In this document: piece by piece, positions 41,230 to 53,606 of the stretch | Layout: each line of letters begins with the position of its first letter | Position numbering within the stretch: position 1 is the first letter of the stretch | Assembly (NCBI GenBank): GCA_964016885.1 | Contig: OZ024746.1 | Span: forward strand, 14,694,001 to 14,758,000 | DNA length: 64,000 nt | Reading direction: 5' to 3' | Origin: Eledone cirrhosa | Lineage: Eukaryota | Made by a program: the position numbers and the translations under genes | Notes under the pieces: generated by a model | What the model was told of the DNA's origin: nothing | Databases searched by the model: none | Seen by the model: only the letters and a program-made list of their open reading frames with translations

Positions 41230-42230
41230 AGGCATGAGATGGGTTGTCACAGACCAAGTCAGTACTCAATCGGAGCCACTAATCTCCCTGTACATACAAA
41301 GTCTACCTTCTCTCTCAGCCTATTTGAGATCCTGCTACATCGCTTGTGTGTCCACTGCTTCACTGGGTGTATTGTATGAAGTTCCTACCTACTCCTTTTC
41401 AGCATATTGAACATGGTTATTTATCTGATGGTATCAAAGTCATATCCTCTTAACTGCTTACTAAAACTAGTTTTACTGGATTTACTTTGAGGCTTTTTGA
41501 CTCCATCTTTTTTTTACATGTCTGTAACTACTCTTGTTCTTCTACAGCTTCTGCTATAAGGATTAGATCATCATCATAGTGATCATGGACATCCAATCTT
41601 GAATTCCTGTTATGGCTTGGAAAGAGGGAGCTGAGGACTGATCTTTAGTGGACTTTAAATCACACACTAAATTCATCTCTGCAATCATTGATAACTCTCA
41701 CCTTGCTGACTGCATGCCTGTATATGGCTTGTTCAGCTCTCACAAGCCATGCATTTAACTTTCTGAATGCCCACCAGATTGCCGAGCATGAGATTCTCTC
41801 AGTGGCTTTTTCCAGGTCAACAAATGTTAAGTATGGGAACTTATTCTTAGCTAAGTACTTGTCTTGCATTTGTCTTACTAGGAAAATGGTATCAGTAGTG
41901 TTTCTCTTTGACATAAAGTCAAACTGCATCCCATCAAAATGAATTCTATCTGTAATCAATTTTCCTATCACATTTTCTGTAACCTTCATAACCTGATCCT
42001 ATAATTTGATGCCTCTGTAATTCCCTCTCTGTAGTCTCTCCTTTACACTTGTATCTGACAATGATGCTACTGTCAGTCATTGGGTATTTATGAGTGGCTA
42101 GCCTCTGGCTTGCTCCACTAGGTAGTTTAACCATTTGAACACGATCCCTAAAGGGCCAGCTGCCTTCTCTACCTTCATATCTTGTTAGCAACTTCCTCAT
42201 ATCCGTAACCTACTTCTTTAATTTCTACCT
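41230..42230 (-). mobile_element. Decayed RTE LINE RT region
   Basis: MKVTENVI...MQFDF...TTDTIFLVRQMQDKYL...FVDLEKA. Confidence 0.9.
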
Positions 42231-42509
42231 CACTTCATGGCAACAAAATTCTTATTAAAACAAGGGAAAATCTTGCTATTACCAGGGTGGAACTCAGACT
42301 TGCAAGATCTTCATGTTAACCGAGTTACCAGTCCTGTGCACCGTGTTACACATAGTTTTCACCTATGCACAACTTTCCCAGATTATACACACCTTAGGGC
42401 TTATAAACGACCTATATTCTGTATGGAGGCTCACATGGGAACCTTCAATTTTCTCAACATCCGTAAGTTTCTTCATCCAAGAATCAAAGCATGGCAAGAT
42501 AATGATGAT

Positions 42510-42568
<59 letters not shown>

Positions 42569-42574
<6 letters not shown>

Positions 42575-42652
42575 AAAATCAAGGATTCAAGCATAGAATG
42601 TAATCAGAGAATTAATATTACATTCTATGCTTGAATCCTTGATTTTTTTTTT
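42569..42652. repeat. Perfect ~36-bp inverted repeat abutting (TA)n
   Basis: A10-TCAAGGATTCAAGCATAGAATGTAAT / ATTACATTCTATGCTTGAATCCTTGA-Tn. Confidence 0.93.
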
Positions 42653-43113
42653 TTTTTTTTTTTTTTTTTGTTACTCCAGCCATTGCCTTATTTCATTTTA
42701 TGTTAAATTTAAATCAATTACAATAATTTTTCTTTAATCACTATCACATATGTGCACTAAATTACGATGAAGTTGTTATTGTTCTTGTCCAAAGATAGAT
42801 ACATTGGTAAATATACATAAATAAGTATCTATAGACAGACAGATGGAAACAGGTAGGTAGGTAGCTAGAGAGATTGTTAGAGATTACAATTAGGTTAGGT
42901 AGATATATAGATATTTTTAATGTCTGAAGATAGATACATGAGTAGATAGCGATAAATAGCTGTTACCATACCATTAACAATTGTGTGTAAGCAGTAGAAG
43001 TAGATTTAGGGAGAAAGATATTAAAGCATATACATGCTCAGTTTATCACTTTCTAAACAAATCACATGATCATGTTTCTTTTTATAAAGAGATGATATAT
43101 ATATATATAAATA

Positions 43114-43550
43114 AAGTAGCACTAACATAGTGTGATTCACAATAGAGGCGTATATGAAAGTATATACAATATGTTTATGTATAATAAATGTACATTCATT
43201 TTATCCATCCTCGGTGATGTTTACCCACTTGGTAGTGAGGCAAGACTAAGCTAAAGCTTATATAAATTTTGCCTATAAAACACCTGCTGGAGAACACATT
43301 TGCACGAGCTTGATGGGTTGGTATTAATTAACAGTAGCACTAACATAACAGGATTTATAATAGAGGCATATATGAAAGCATACACAATATGTTTATGTAT
43401 AATAAACATAGATATATCTCGCTACGGGTGTGTCAGTTACCTCAGTAGCCATATGAGAAAGCCAAACATTATTGTTTCAGTATTTTGATCTATCTTTAGT
43501 GATGTTTATTCATACAGTACTGAAGCAAGAATATGCTGCAGCTTATATAA
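43114..43550. repeat. Diverged direct duplication (43114-43265 vs 43333-43550)
   Basis: AGTAGCACTAACATA...ATAGAGGC.TATATGAAAG...CAATATGTTTATGTATAATAAA and GTGATGTTTA...GCTTATATAA occur twice. Confidence 0.8.
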
Positions 43551-43559
43551 GGGGCATAA

Positions 43560-45140
43560 AACTGAAGGGCCAAGTTATGGAAGTGGTAGACTGAGGTGTA
43601 GCACAACTAATTAAGGAAAGAGTCAAATTAGATACAGTTTGATTTTGTATCAGGAAGGAGCACCACAGATGTCCTCTTCTTAGACATTGCAAGAGAAATT
43701 CCTAGCTTGGTTTAAGCCACTAAATCTAGCTTACATTGATCTGGAGAAAGCCTTTGACAGAGTAGCATGATCTATCATCTGGTGGTCCTTAACCCATTAG
43801 CACTTGCATTACTTTATATTTACTATTGTATTTTTGTGGTAAAGGCTTTACCTCACATAATATCAAATCTATGAGATTTTAATATTATTTATTTTGAGAA
43901 CAATACTTTAACATTGGTATGAGTGGCTGGTTTCAACTGAAAAATGTGAGAATTCTGGCCGGACACAGCCGGTTTAAATGCTAAAAGGTTAAGAAAATTA
44001 GGTTTAGAGGAGTTGCTTGTCAGAACAGTATTTAGTAGGTAATAAGTTTAGTGAAGAATTCAATGTACATAAGAGCTCAGTCCACTCCTGTTTACTATAG
44101 TTCTCTAGGTCATAACAGGAATTTATGACCAGCTGTTCATGGGAACCTCTGAATGCCGATGACCTGGTTCTAATAGCTGAATCTGTAAAAGAGCTAGAAA
44201 AGAAATTCCTGTTGTGGAAACAATTTAAAATCAAAAAGACTCGGAGAAAACTTTGACAAAAATCAAAGTTCTAGTAAGTAACAGGACTCGGATTCCATCT
44301 CACTCTATAGAAAGAGTAGTTAGGAACTCTGCTTTGAACACAATGTTAATCTTGTCTACACAAGAAGTGTAGAGGGATAGCAGAAAGACTAAGATAAAAA
44401 ATAAACTTTATATATGGGAGATGGACAGGGGTAATTAGTAAGAAGAGTCCCAGTGAAATAAACGTTTCCCAATCCCAGGAAGACTCCGTGGAAGTAGTTG
44501 ATAGCTTCTGTTACCTAGTTGACTTAATTACGACTGGAGGAGGTTGTTCTAAAAGCAAAGTAGCTACAATAAAAGCAAAAATGGAAAAAGTTCAGGGAGC
44601 TATTACTGCTGTTGACAACAAAGGGTTTCTTCCTATGAACAAAAGACCGGCTGTATGATGCCTTGCATGGGAGTGAAACATGAGCAGTAAATGCAGAGAA
44701 TATGTGAAGGCTGGAGAGAAATGAAATGAGCATGTTTTAATTGATCTATGATGTTTATGTGCATGAACATCAAAGTATAGATGAGCTGAAAGAAAAGAGG
44801 ATTCAAATGTGTGCAAGAAAGAAGACTGCATTGATATGAACATGTGATGCATATGGATGATTGTTGGGTGAACAAATGCCAGGAGTTTCTAGTGGAAGGT
44901 AGCTGCAGTTGAGGAAAACTTGAGCAAAGGTAGTTACAGCAGATATCAAGATTCTGAACTTCACAAGAGATTACCAGGAAATCCCTGTGGAAGAAAGCTG
45001 CATTAGAGGTAGAGCAATGATCTCAAATCATTGAAAGTCATAGAGGAGATGGCAAAGAAGCAGGACAAGTGGAGAGATACTGTACTGAAAAGGACCTGTG
45101 GAAACCATGCAAGCGTGGAAAAAAGGAAGTAAAAACGATG
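43560..45140 (+). mobile_element. Decayed RTE LINE with nested MITE
   Basis: IDLEKAFDRV, ADDLVL, 3' tail CCATGCAAGCGTGGAAAA. Confidence 0.9.
43789..43992. mobile_element. piggyBac-like MITE inserted in an RTE at TTAA
   Basis: TTAA at both ends; empty site TGGTGGTCCTTAAGAAAATTAGG visible in the RTE copy at ~6493-6515. Confidence 0.9.
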
Positions 45141-45369
45141 TGTGTGTGTTTCTGCATAGTGTCTTTGAGGAGTCATTCTGGCCTGACTACCCTACCTTTT
45201 TATGGGTGTATCTAACATTACATTATTCTGGTTGATATTTCTAACAAGTTCAGTGACAATGTGTACTGAAAAATAACGCAAGTTGGCATTGTCTGGATGT
45301 GTACCTAGTTTCAGTTTTATTTCTTATTTCATTGTACATGCGCTAAGGAAAATCATTAGAGATATATTT

Positions 45370-46265
45370 TTATAGCTGAATCCACAGAAGAATTCAATAA
45401 CAAATTCTGTGGAAATAGAACTTAAAATCAAAAGTGCTGAGAGTAAACTTAGCAAAGACCAATGTGTTAATAAAAAGGAAAGAAGACAAGACTCTTATCC
45501 CTATCAGGGAAATGGCCTTCCTTGATATGTAGAAAACGAGTAGGTAGAAATATACTATATACTATGTACACAATGCAAATTTTGGGTATACACAAGGTAT
45601 AGTGGAATAGCTGGCAGACTAACAGGAAAGGATCACTATGTAATAGATGCTCAGGGAAAATTTGTAGTAAAAGTGTCAGTGATGCATATCTTTTTCAATC
45701 CTAGGTAAGATCCATAGAAGTGATCAATAGCTTCTGTTATCTAGGTCACCAAATTAGCTGTGGGGGTGGGTGCTACAGGAACATAGTAGCTAGAATAAAG
45801 TGGAAGAAGTTTAGAGAGATACTATTTCTGTTGATATCAAAAAGTTTCTCCCTATGAATGAAAGGTCAGCTGTATGATGTCTGTATGTAATATGCAATAT
45901 TGCATGCTAGTGAAACATGGACAGTGACTGGAGAGAAATTAAGAGAACCTCTTTCGATGGATGTGCAGGACTGACAAAGCATGGATGAAATGAGATAGTA
46001 ACTAAGTATTAGAGGAATCAGTTGTGTGCAGGAGAGAAGACTGTGCTGGTATGGACATGTGATACATATCGATGAGTGAAGAAGTGCTAAGTGGAAGGAA
46101 GCCACAGAAGAGGAAAATCAAGAAAGACCTGAGCAGAGGTGGTGAGAGATGATCCCAAATCGGTGAAGCTCATGATAGAGATGACAAAGGATCATGACAA
46201 GTGCTGAAAAGGACCCATCCCACTCTTGCTAGCATGGAATAGCAGGCGTAAAATGATGATGCTAA
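45370..46265 (+). mobile_element. Decayed RTE LINE 3' half
   Basis: Collinear with other copies; GATGAT tail at ~46255. Confidence 0.88.
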
Positions 46266-46279
46266 TATGTATTTATTAT

Positions 46280-46520
46280 CTCTGCACCTATTTATGAATA
46301 AAAACCTTAGCCATTGCACTTCAGTAGCATACTCTGGGAATTTGAATAAAAAGAATATTCAATATAAGTTAACCTGGTCAATTATTAATTCAGGATTAGG
46401 AATGCAATCTCTGCAAGCTAACAGTCCACCTTGCATTTTTATTACTTGCTTCATCGGGAGAAAAAGCACATTGATTTCTGTATTGCGTTTAGATATATGA
46501 TAGGGTTTCAGTGGTAATAT
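46280..46520 (+). mobile_element. Penelope-like element C-terminus, right part
   Basis: LFMNKNLSHCTS...LNKKNIQYKLTWSII resembles Penelope TELSKYIWxLK...IKWSI. Confidence 0.55.
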
Positions 46521-47739
46521 GGTTTTGCAAGCACTCTCCAGCCATAAACATAAACACTTTGGGCTGGTGCGATCCACAGTAGCGATCTTTGTCATAGAAT
46601 TTTAACAGTTGCAGTGAGAGAGAGCCAAGCAAGGAAACCATCAAATATTGGAACAAACCTATCTTAGATTTCACAGAAGATGGAAATTTGCCATAAGTTA
46701 CTTACAGATGCAAAGATCAGTGCTGCCGGTAGCTGCCTGGTCTCAGTATGCAGATGCATGCTGGAATTGTTTTAGATGAGTAATTTGAATGGCTATAGCG
46801 ATGTACTCTCATTTTCATGCCCAACTATATTTAGTGGTGCCAGTGCTTCAATGCAGACACGTACTAGGGGAGTTTTTTCAGCAGAGATGATTGTGTTACA
46901 CATCGTATGAAGCAAAGAGCAGTAGGGGTAAGCACTAGCTGTCCAGCTCCAATGATACTGAACCTAGAGACATAAGATCTTGTTTTACAGCATATAATGT
47001 GAAGATTAAAATTAACTCCCATTTGAAATAAAATATATCTAAAAACGTCACTACTTATCCCTGTCATTTTGAGCTATTGTCCATAGTAATGTATGTGAAA
47101 TGGACAAATATTTTCATGTTAAATATTGCTATGTACTTTCATACTTTTATTCTGATTTTTCTTTTAGGTCCATCACTATTTCCTCTGTTATGGGTAACTT
47201 TAGATTTATTTCATCATTAGTCTAGGTGTCATTTGACAAAGCAACATACATATGTGCACTGATAAAAATATTAATTTTATCTTTATGGCAATAATTTGTC
47301 ACCAGTGGAAGATTTAGAAAAAAGTTAGGTACATTGCTCAAAACTTAAATGAAAGTGACATTAGCTGGCATTGATATAACATACAATATATATTTGTTTG
47401 GCAACATTGTTTTGTTGTGTCTTTTATCTGTTATTGCTTCTTGTATCAGCACTGACAGGTGATACTAGATTAAATATAGACAGCAGGTCTGTCAAGGCTT
47501 CTCATTTTTTCCCTTGGTGAGATGTGTCTTTTGATCAGAACTTTTTATGCAAATCTTCACATGCAACTACTCTGGCAAAGTTATATGATCCTGTGCTACT
47601 TCATTAAATTCTATTCATATAAGATTATGATGAACAGCAAAATTTAAGTTACAAAGTGTATAGGAGAATTTACCATTCTAGTTGCTGCTCACAGATGATT
47701 GGGTATTAATAGTTGAGAGTATGGTTAGACTGAAGGAGA

Positions 47740-48940
47740 TGAATAGGTGGTAAAGGTTATGAACATAAATATTGGAAAGATAAAGGTGCTGGCATGTGGT
47801 AAATAATATAGTGAGGTGACAAGAACAGAAAAGTGGTCCTATGCAGGAAGTGTGTTGGAGTGAGCTCCATAAAATGTACGATATACACTGGGTTAATACA
47901 TTGAAAATGTAGTAGTGTGAAGAAATTATCAAACGATATGACAGCTCTATTTAAGTGTAAAGTTTATGGAGAGATTGTTGAGGTGGATCTTGGGAAAGGT
48001 GTGAACATTTTTCTGTACCTTGGAGACATTGAATGGAGAGTGGCGCAGACTGCGATAGTATCTAGAGTGAGATCTGTATGGAAAAAAATTCCAAGAAATG
48101 AGTGGTGTGCTAACTGAAACCTAAAAGTATGCTACATGTGTGAGAAGTACAGTGAATTATGGTTTTAAAACGTGGGTGATGAAATGAAGCAACACAATGC
48201 TAGAAAAAAGGGTAATGTGATTGACCTGGTGGATGAGTGGAGTATCACTCGGTTGGGTTATGTATTTAGAAAGGATGAAAGTCACTGGGTAAGAGGAGTG
48301 ATGAAAAGGTAGAGGAAAGGGTGATGCAGACGATAGGGAAAAATGAGAAAGCTTGTCATGGGGCACTCATCTCTCTGTTGAGTACTCTCATCTTTATGCT
48401 GCATATAATCTCTACCTTCTCTGTTAACCTGTCTATAATACCACTACATCTTGTGCATCCTCTGTGTGCACATATAATTTCTGCCCACATCTTTTCAACA
48501 TATTGAACAAAGCCATTCTCTGTTTTTGCTACAATTTAAGTTTTGGGATTCTAGATTTTTCTTCCAGGTCTGGAATGTCGCTTTTAACTCAGCTATAAGG
48601 ACTAGATCAACATACATGAGCTCCTGTGGACTGCCAGACTTAAACCCCTGTTATATCATGAAGAAAAATGATAAACACAAGTGGACTGGAAACAGCTCTC
48701 ATTGTGATGGTTGCACCTCTATATATGGTTTGCATGACCTTCATGAGCCATTTATCTACACCTAGCTTCTTTAGCAGCCACACTGCTAAATCAATAAATG
48801 CTATATACAACTGAGTACTTTACCTGTAGTTGTATCTGATAAAGAAGAAGGCATCTGAGGTACCCTTACCTGGCTTAAAGCTGAATTACATCTCTCTCTC
48901 CCTAATTAGTTGTGTCATAACCCTTTCAGTAATTTTCATT
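47740..48940. mobile_element. Old RTE fragments (+ ~47740-48310; - ~48400-48940)
   Basis: FLYLGD, SRVRSVWKK; MKITERVMTQLIRER. Confidence 0.65.
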
Positions 48941-48944
48941 TTAA

Positions 48945-49270
48945 AGTTAAGGCTTTCGTCACTTGCCAAAACCTTTTGAACCATTTCTACAATGTGCAAT
49001 TGTCCACCAAATGCCTTATTGGTATTTGCTGTAGTTTCAGAAGCTGTTTTACTTGACTTGTACTCATTTAGAAAAATCACACTGAATTTCTATTTATCTA
49101 TGTTGTTCTAAGGCTTTATTGATTGGACACTTACAAAAGCAAATAATCAGGAATAAAGATACAAATGTGTATTCCAAGAATTCGTAGTATGATGTACTGA
49201 TATTAAAAATATTCTTTGTTGATTATTTATACTTTGTGATAAAAAGTGTCCAAAATTATGGGAAAACCTC
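48945..49270 (-). mobile_element. mariner transposase N-terminal (HTH) fragment
   Basis: IFLNEYKSSKTASETTANTNKAFG...ASDESL resembles Hsmar-type IFLFEFKMG..AAETTRNINNAFG...GDESL. Confidence 0.75.
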
Positions 49271-49383
49271 ATATTTACAATTTGAAATTTTATTAAAATC
49301 TAAAATAATGCTAATTAATTTATCATAGTATATAATATCATCTACTTGATTTGTGTTTTACCAGGTCTCTTGATTAATACCCC

Positions 49384-49703
49384 ATGTGCCGTGGTGGCTG
49401 TAACAGGGTCATGTATGAAGGTAGCCATTGCTCAGTTGTAAACAGTGCTTCCGTGTACATTGGTCCCCATGAAAAATTATGCATGTTGAATGGCTCCTCT
49501 TGCAGCAACATCAACCTTGGCCGACAGGTCGTGTGCTTTAAGGACCTGTCCTCTGCTTCATCTTCCTCCTCTTCCTCAGCCCTGTTACACAAGCCATCTT
49601 CTGCATTTACAAAATGTCATGTCTCCACTGTGGCCAAGGTGCAAGCTGACAAGCCCAATCAGCTTCCAACCAAAATATCAGCAACAAACAGACGCAAGGG
49701 AAA
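49384..49703 (+). CDS. INO80D: INO80D first coding exon (exon starts 49365; MCRGGCNRV-MYEG...)
   Basis: TTTTACCAG acceptor, in-frame upstream TAA, MYEG at 49411 equals the INO80D N-terminus, AA|GTAAGT donor in phase with next exon. Confidence 0.8.
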
Positions 49704-50549
49704 GTAAGTTTTTAATTTTTTGTCTCTCTTTCTATTCCACATACACATATACACTTTTCTTTTCATTGCCCTGAACTAGATTAATTTAGGATGGTAAATA
49801 CTCTCACCCTAACTTTATTTTAATTAATTTATCTCAACTGGACTTTGAAAAATTTGATGTAACTCGTCTTTTACTGTTACAGCAGATAGAGAAGTATAAT
49901 TCCAGAGCAGATACATAATGAGGCATTGATACAATAGAATCAGACCCAGATTAACTATTAAAAGAAATAAGCCTGTCTTAGGTCACTAAGGGAAGTGGGG
50001 AACATAGTTCTTTCTTTTTTGGGTTTCCTGTAGTGCAAATGGTGTACCTGAAACCTTTTTCTCCCAAGTGTTAAAAATTTCCATTTTCTAGTTACTCCAG
50101 AAATAATTAAATAATTTGATTATATTGTTTTACTGCTGTTTAGTGTTTCATCATCATCATTGCTTTACATCTATTTCCATGCTTAGATGGGTTGTCAAGC
50201 TCTGACAGTGCAGTAATGATGCATCTCTACGTTTGGGTATGTGAAGGTGGAGGAAGGATTGATTGTGAAGATGGGGTGATGGATGGGGCAGTCTTAAGTG
50301 TTGTTACATCTTTCTGCCTTTTATAGCCATCTTCATTTCATCCCATTTGTGTAGTTTCCTGTCTGAGGTCCAACTTTCTGAAGTCAGTCTTTACTACTTC
50401 AACCTATATTTTCCTAGGTCTTCTTGTTCCACAGGCTCCTTCAACTTTGAGTGCCCTGTACTTTATGCAGCTTTTATCCTTCATATGTCTTAAATCAATT
50501 TATATAGTTGTGTGGGTTGGGTTGGGTTGGAAGAAAACTAAATTTTTAC

Positions 50550-51700
50550 TCTTAACTTATACTCAACACTTGTGTCTTTCCAGACAATGGAATAATTGGG
50601 GGCTTGCAATTGTATTGTAACAGTTAGTTTGATAAATAGAATAGTTCTCTTGAGTATTAAATATTTTGTAAAAAGTTATGTGGTGTAACCTTCAAAAGAC
50701 AATCTTGATTGGATAGCATAAAGGGAAATTGATCCTGGTGATTGAAAGCTTTTGACACTGGGATATGAATTGTTGTTTAGTCCATTATATAAGTTTTGGT
50801 TTGGATTTCCATGAAGACAGATGGCTTGACTGGACTAGATATGGTTCAGTGAACTAGTGAATTGTACCAAGACTAAGCTACAGGTCATAGCCTGAAGTGT
50901 CTAGGTTGCTTGTGGAAGATACCTATATGTGGAAAGGTTTAGGGATGAAGAGTAGTGCTATCTATAAAAGTGTGTGTTATTAGAAATGACTGCAAGTAGG
51001 TTATTAATTTACAAGAGCAAGAAGTTGATTGATTGTAGAACAGACTCATCAGCGCAATGGTATGATCTAATAACAGTTCAAACCGAGAGATGGGACAGAT
51101 GAAGGTCATAGACGAGCAGTTTAGCTAGGATATTCTCATTCCGAACATGAATAAAGGTTTTGCAATGATTTTACTTTTGCCTAATGTCTCAGGAAGCAAG
51201 TCCCAATAGGTCTAACTCTTTGAATACTGTACTGATAGTTGCTGGTGAGATAGGAGAACTCAAGGTGTTGGAGATGATTATTAACTACAGCTTCTGTCAC
51301 CTTTGTGATGTTAGAAGTAAGATCAATGGGTTGATAATTGGTGGATTCTGAGTGATGCCTTTTTGGAGAATGGGATCATGATAGCATATTTCCAAAGGCT
51401 GATATAGATCTCTATAATTCATGGTCAGGATAATAGAGACAGCTTTGAAGAAAAACATTTCTTTCTTTTGTGTCATCAGTTTGGCTGTTGTATCTTACTT
51501 TTCTAAACTCATAAAATCTTGTATAATAAAGGAGAGTTTGAAGGGATTCATTCTGTATCTGTAAAGTTATTGTTTGATGCCCAGGGTTAAAGAAACAAAA
51601 ATAACACAACCCTGGAGTAAAGATCACAGGTAGTCACAATAGATTTATTGGAGTCATTATTATGTTTAGGCCATTGTCGTTATTGCAATGGTTTTTACTC
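50550..51700 (-). mobile_element. Very decayed non-LTR RT remnant (CR1/L2/Jockey group)
   Basis: WKYAIMIPFSKKG...NP motif on minus strand near 51340-51400. Confidence 0.45.
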
Positions 51701-52935
51701 TTCTGTGGGTTGCTGAGCAAATCTATAGATTGTTTTCAACCATACATTTTTAATGTTCTAGATATTAAATAGGAAGTATACACAGTTACTGAAGTTTTTA
51801 ACTATAAGGTTTTGATTCCTCTATGTGTATTCATATTTTATATTGCTTTATATCACTATTTTTTGTTTGCATTACATTTTAATAAAGATTTCTTATTAAA
51901 AAAATATATATATTTCAAACCAACAAAATTTTGCAGCATTTATTCTGTATTTATGACCAATAATTTTGTAACTAAATAAAAAGAAAAATTAAATTGAATC
52001 ATTGGGAGTGTTTATCCATGAGAAGTGTTTATTAATGAATACTTTTAGAATCTGCTTCATGCAAAAAAAAAACAGAAATGTAGATAGAGTATTCTGAATT
52101 TAGGCTTATTGAGGTGATTACAAGGAGTGTAGATATCATAGGGTTAATGTGTTGTTTGAAATTAGAAAAAGAAAAAGTGAAAAACAAAAAGAATTAGCAA
52201 CCAGAACCTACTGTTATGGGCATGTCATTTTTATGGTTTGTGTATGCTATATGATAAATTGCTATATAATGAATACTATAAAATCACATAAGAGACCCTA
52301 AACACAGAAAGTTACTTTTTATAGGAAATATTCATGTAAAATATGCTCACATGGAAATATTCATGTAAAACAGTGATGGTGACGATGATCTCGGACTTTA
52401 TAATATTCAGAATGAGTCAGCTACTGGTCTAGGTTTTAGCAATTAGTGTACAAAGGAAATTTTGAAACATACCATTGAATATGCCTGCATCAGATGATTT
52501 ATTTTTCTAGATCTGGATTATGGATATATATGTATATATATATATATATAAACAGTTTTACTGTGTACTTGTGTGGTTCTAACTGCACCAAAGCTGATGG
52601 AAACATCAAAATCACTAATCATTATGCTTCAGTTGTTAGACAAACATCCTCTCTATAAGTTATAACCTCAAAATTGCTTTAGTACAAGATTAAAAGTAAT
52701 TCCTTATATGCTCTTTTGTGTGTTAGGAAATTTTCATTGCCATATTTACAACCCAGTTCTATGGATATTTAATGAATAGATAATCTCAAATGTGATTGTG
52801 TTCTAATTACATTATAACCGAATCAAACTAGCAATCCTTTACTTGTTAGATCCACATAACTTTCTAGGGATTATAACAGATTATTTTAGAGGAAAGCAAG
52901 ACATATTTTGAGATATTATATTATGAGTAATAAAG

Positions 52936-53122
52936 TAAGGTGGATTGGCAGTATCGGTAGAGGGTTGGACACCATGCTTTGACGCATAGACCTACAACCC
53001 TTGCCATTCTGAGTTCAAATCCTGCCGAGGTCAACTTTGCCTTTCATCCTTACGGAGTCGATAAAATAAAGTACCAGTAATGCACTGATTAATTGTTGGC
53101 CTTGTGCCAAAAGTAGAAACAG
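52936..53122 (+). mobile_element. Meta-like tRNA SINE, 20-bp TSD
   Basis: TTATATTATGAGTAATAAAG at 52916-52935 and 53123-53142. Confidence 0.9.
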
Positions 53123-53606
53123 TTATATTATGAGTAATAAAGGTTACAAAGGAAAGCAACTACCTATCTAGGAAAACCATTGAAACAATATGCTGAAATT
53201 ATGAAAGTGCTACAAATAGATTATTATTGCAGAAATTTATATTTGTGGTCTTTGTGACAACTTTATTTATATGAACAATAATAATTAAAAAAAACAACAA
53301 CTTAAAGTTTAAATTTAGTTCATATTTGATAAAATTTGAAAATCACAATATTCCTTAAATGACCTGATACATCAGTTCACAAATGATCTGCCATTCTATA
53401 TTTCTCTATTAATTCCAATAATGATTTAAAACAAACGTAGAGTTTGACAAGTGGTTTGCTCAACTTATTAACCCATGTTTTAATCTTTTAATTATATGTC
53501 TGTAAATTATTTTAATTTCTAATTAAACAAATTCATATTACATTTATATATCTATAAAGATTTTTTTATATGGTTATATTACATGCATATTTTTTCAATG
53601 ATTCAG

